64,000 nucleotides of DNA. Source: an uncultured bacterium (lineage in GTDB: Bacteria; Acidobacteriota; HRBIN11; JAKEFK01). The position numbers and the translations under genes are program-made. Below the pieces are notes generated by a model. That model was not told where the DNA came from, made no database searches, and saw only the letters and a list, made by a program, of their open reading frames with translations. Below are positions 62,285 to 64,000 of this stretch, piece by piece; positions within the stretch are counted from its first letter, which is position 1, and each line of letters begins with the position of its first letter. Location: the NCBI GenBank assembly GCA_963777505.1, contig CAVZQN010000010.1, positions 38,003 through 102,002 on the forward strand. The letters are read 5' to 3'.

Positions 62285-63295
62285 TTATTTTGCGATTGTT
62301 AAAGGATCAATTCCTTTATCCAGCGTGAATGAGGATCCAACGGCGCCAACCACACAGCTTGCGCGGCTCAAGGGTATTTGCTGTCGTAATCGATATACAG
62401 CCTCAATGCCTGTGCAATGGGCACCAACAAGATTTTGAACGCCAAATTCTTTCAACTTACTGGCTGTCCAGTCCAGCTTGCTATCTTCCAGGCCAAACAA
62501 ATGAAAACCACCGATCGCTGCATAAATATCAGACTTGAAAAATTCGCGTGAAAAGTCCATCAAATTCACAATGCCTGAGTGTCCGCATCCTGTTATCACA
62601 ACCAAACCTTTTTCTGTTTGAACAACCATTGATAAGTCTTCCGGAACCACATCTGGAATAATTCCATCTGCAGTTTTAACTTTGCGAGTTGGATAATTTT
62701 TTTCAGGATGTTTGCGTGGAACCAGACCGGTCAGCCAAACTCCGGGCGCTAATTCAGAAGGTTTGCTATGTAGAACGAACTTGCCGCCAGTATTTTCGAA
62801 CTCGCCTTTCGCTTTTATTAGTGTGTTTATTTCTTTACCTTCTTTGTCCGGACGGCTTAAGAAAATTCCTTCTCCAACATGAACAACAGAAATTGATTCT
62901 GGTTTTTGTTTAGAAAGCTCACTGCGCAACGTCAGCAAGCCGCTTGTATGATCATCATGATGATGACTGAGCACAACTTCTTTCACGCCTGCAAGATCAA
63001 CGCCTAATTCCTTAGCATTTTTAAGCACAGTATCAGGATGAGCTCCAGTGTCAAACAAAAAACGATTTCCATCGGCTTCAACAAGCGCAGCAAAACCCCA
63101 TTCACCAAATCCTGCATCAGCTAGCATCGTAGATAAAACAATAATTTTTACAGAACGCACTTTAACCTGGGAAGCAACTTGATCAGAATGAATCGGAATA
63201 CTGAGGATGCTAAAAAAGACTAGCAGAGCGAGACCTACAACAAAGGAATAGCTTTTTTTGAATTGCATAGAACACGATATTACTACAATATACAA
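62285..63295 (-). CDS. Exported MBL-fold metallo-hydrolase
   Basis: LFDTG, SHHHDDHTSG, TGCGHSG, GGFH, HCTG. Confidence 0.9.
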   Translation of the reverse strand: MYIVVISCSMQFKKSYSFVVGLALLVFFSILSIPIHSDQVASQVKVRSVKIIVLSTMLADAGFGEWGFAALVEADGNRFLFDTGAHPDTVLKNAKELGVDLAGVKEVVLSHHHDDHTSGLLTLRSELSKQKPESISVVHVGEGIFLSRPDKEGKEINTLIKAKGEFENTGGKFVLHSKPSELAPGVWLTGLVPRKHPEKNYPTRKVKTADGIIPDVVPEDLSMVVQTEKGLVVITGCGHSGIVNLMDFSREFFKSDIYAAIGGFHLFGLEDSKLDWTASKLKEFGVQNLVGAHCTGIEAVYRLRQQIPLSRASCVVGAVGSSFTLDKGIDPLTIAK

Positions 63296-63377
63296 ATAGA
63301 AAATATGAACACCGCATTGCTCTACATAGCTTCTTAAAAAATGTATTGTAAACTGAAAATATTATGAAGAGGCATGA

Positions 63378-63941
63378 ATGAATTTAATCCATCATTACAT
63401 TTGTAGATCTGCACGGTGGGACAAAACGTTGAAAACAGTTGTAATTCCCTGGGCTCTGAATGGGATTGAACCAGGCCCGGAAATGTTGGAAGTTGGACCG
63501 GGTCCTGGATTAACAACCGATATTCTTCGCCATTTAACAAAAAAGCTTACCTGTGTTGAGATCGATCCCGTTTCAGCCGATTCTCTTCGCAAAAGAATCT
63601 CCGATAAGAATGTTTCCATTCATCAAGGTGACGTATCGGCGTTACCTTTTGGTGATCATTCTTTTTCAACTGTTGTCTCTTTTACAATGTTGCATCATAT
63701 TCCATCAGAAACTTTGCAGGATCGCGGGCTAAAAGAGATTTTCCGCGTTCTCAAAAAAGGAGGCACATTCGCAGGAACAGATAGTATGCCCAGCATTATG
63801 ATGCGACTGATTCATATTGCTGACACGATGACCCTTGTGAATCCTGATACCTTTGGGTTCCGGTTAGAAGCCGCCGGCTTCAGCCAGGTATCCATAGAAG
63901 TAACGAAGGAACGATTTCGATTTCGTGCTCAACGCTCTTGA
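63378..63941 (+). CDS. Class I SAM-dependent methyltransferase
   Basis: LEVGPGPG, GDVSALPF, MLHH, RVLKKGG. Confidence 0.9.
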   Translation: MNLIHHYICRSARWDKTLKTVVIPWALNGIEPGPEMLEVGPGPGLTTDILRHLTKKLTCVEIDPVSADSLRKRISDKNVSIHQGDVSALPFGDHSFSTVVSFTMLHHIPSETLQDRGLKEIFRVLKKGGTFAGTDSMPSIMMRLIHIADTMTLVNPDTFGFRLEAAGFSQVSIEVTKERFRFRAQRS

Positions 63942-64000
63942 CTTCGCCTTGATCGACTTTCATAGGCACAGCCAAATCTCTCAGCTATACTTTTGGTCCA

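Overview
Roughly 64 kb of a moderate-GC (about 40-45%, estimated by eye) bacterial chromosome. Gene content (DUF4388-J-TPR proteins, a kinase-TolB-TPR fusion, abundant palindromic intergenic elements) suggests an Acidobacteriota-like organism; this is inference only. Housekeeping genes: RNase P RNA (rnpB), an NtrC-type regulator, DegP, a YitJ-type methionine enzyme, tkt, murA, prmC, HIT/NUDIX, a Pal-like lipoprotein and a Fur-boxed TonB receptor-PiuC-PepSY iron operon. A MoxR/DUF58/vWA/ABC cluster is split into two blocks. The best candidate for an undescribed system is a stand-alone, translationally coupled three-gene operon at 29380-33013 (GHKL/MORC-like ATPase, unknown protein, DUF6339-like protein). 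Other leads: a ~125-nt four-way-junction RNA-like element (53596-53720), a decayed integron-cassette-like patch with attC-like sites (47397-49875), an SGNH-GNAT-like fusion, a ~100-bp direct repeat bracketing a decayed gene, and several -10/ATG arrangements implying leaderless mRNAs. At least six single-base frameshifts in otherwise intact genes probably reflect assembly indels. All family assignments come from motif recognition by eye, not database searches.
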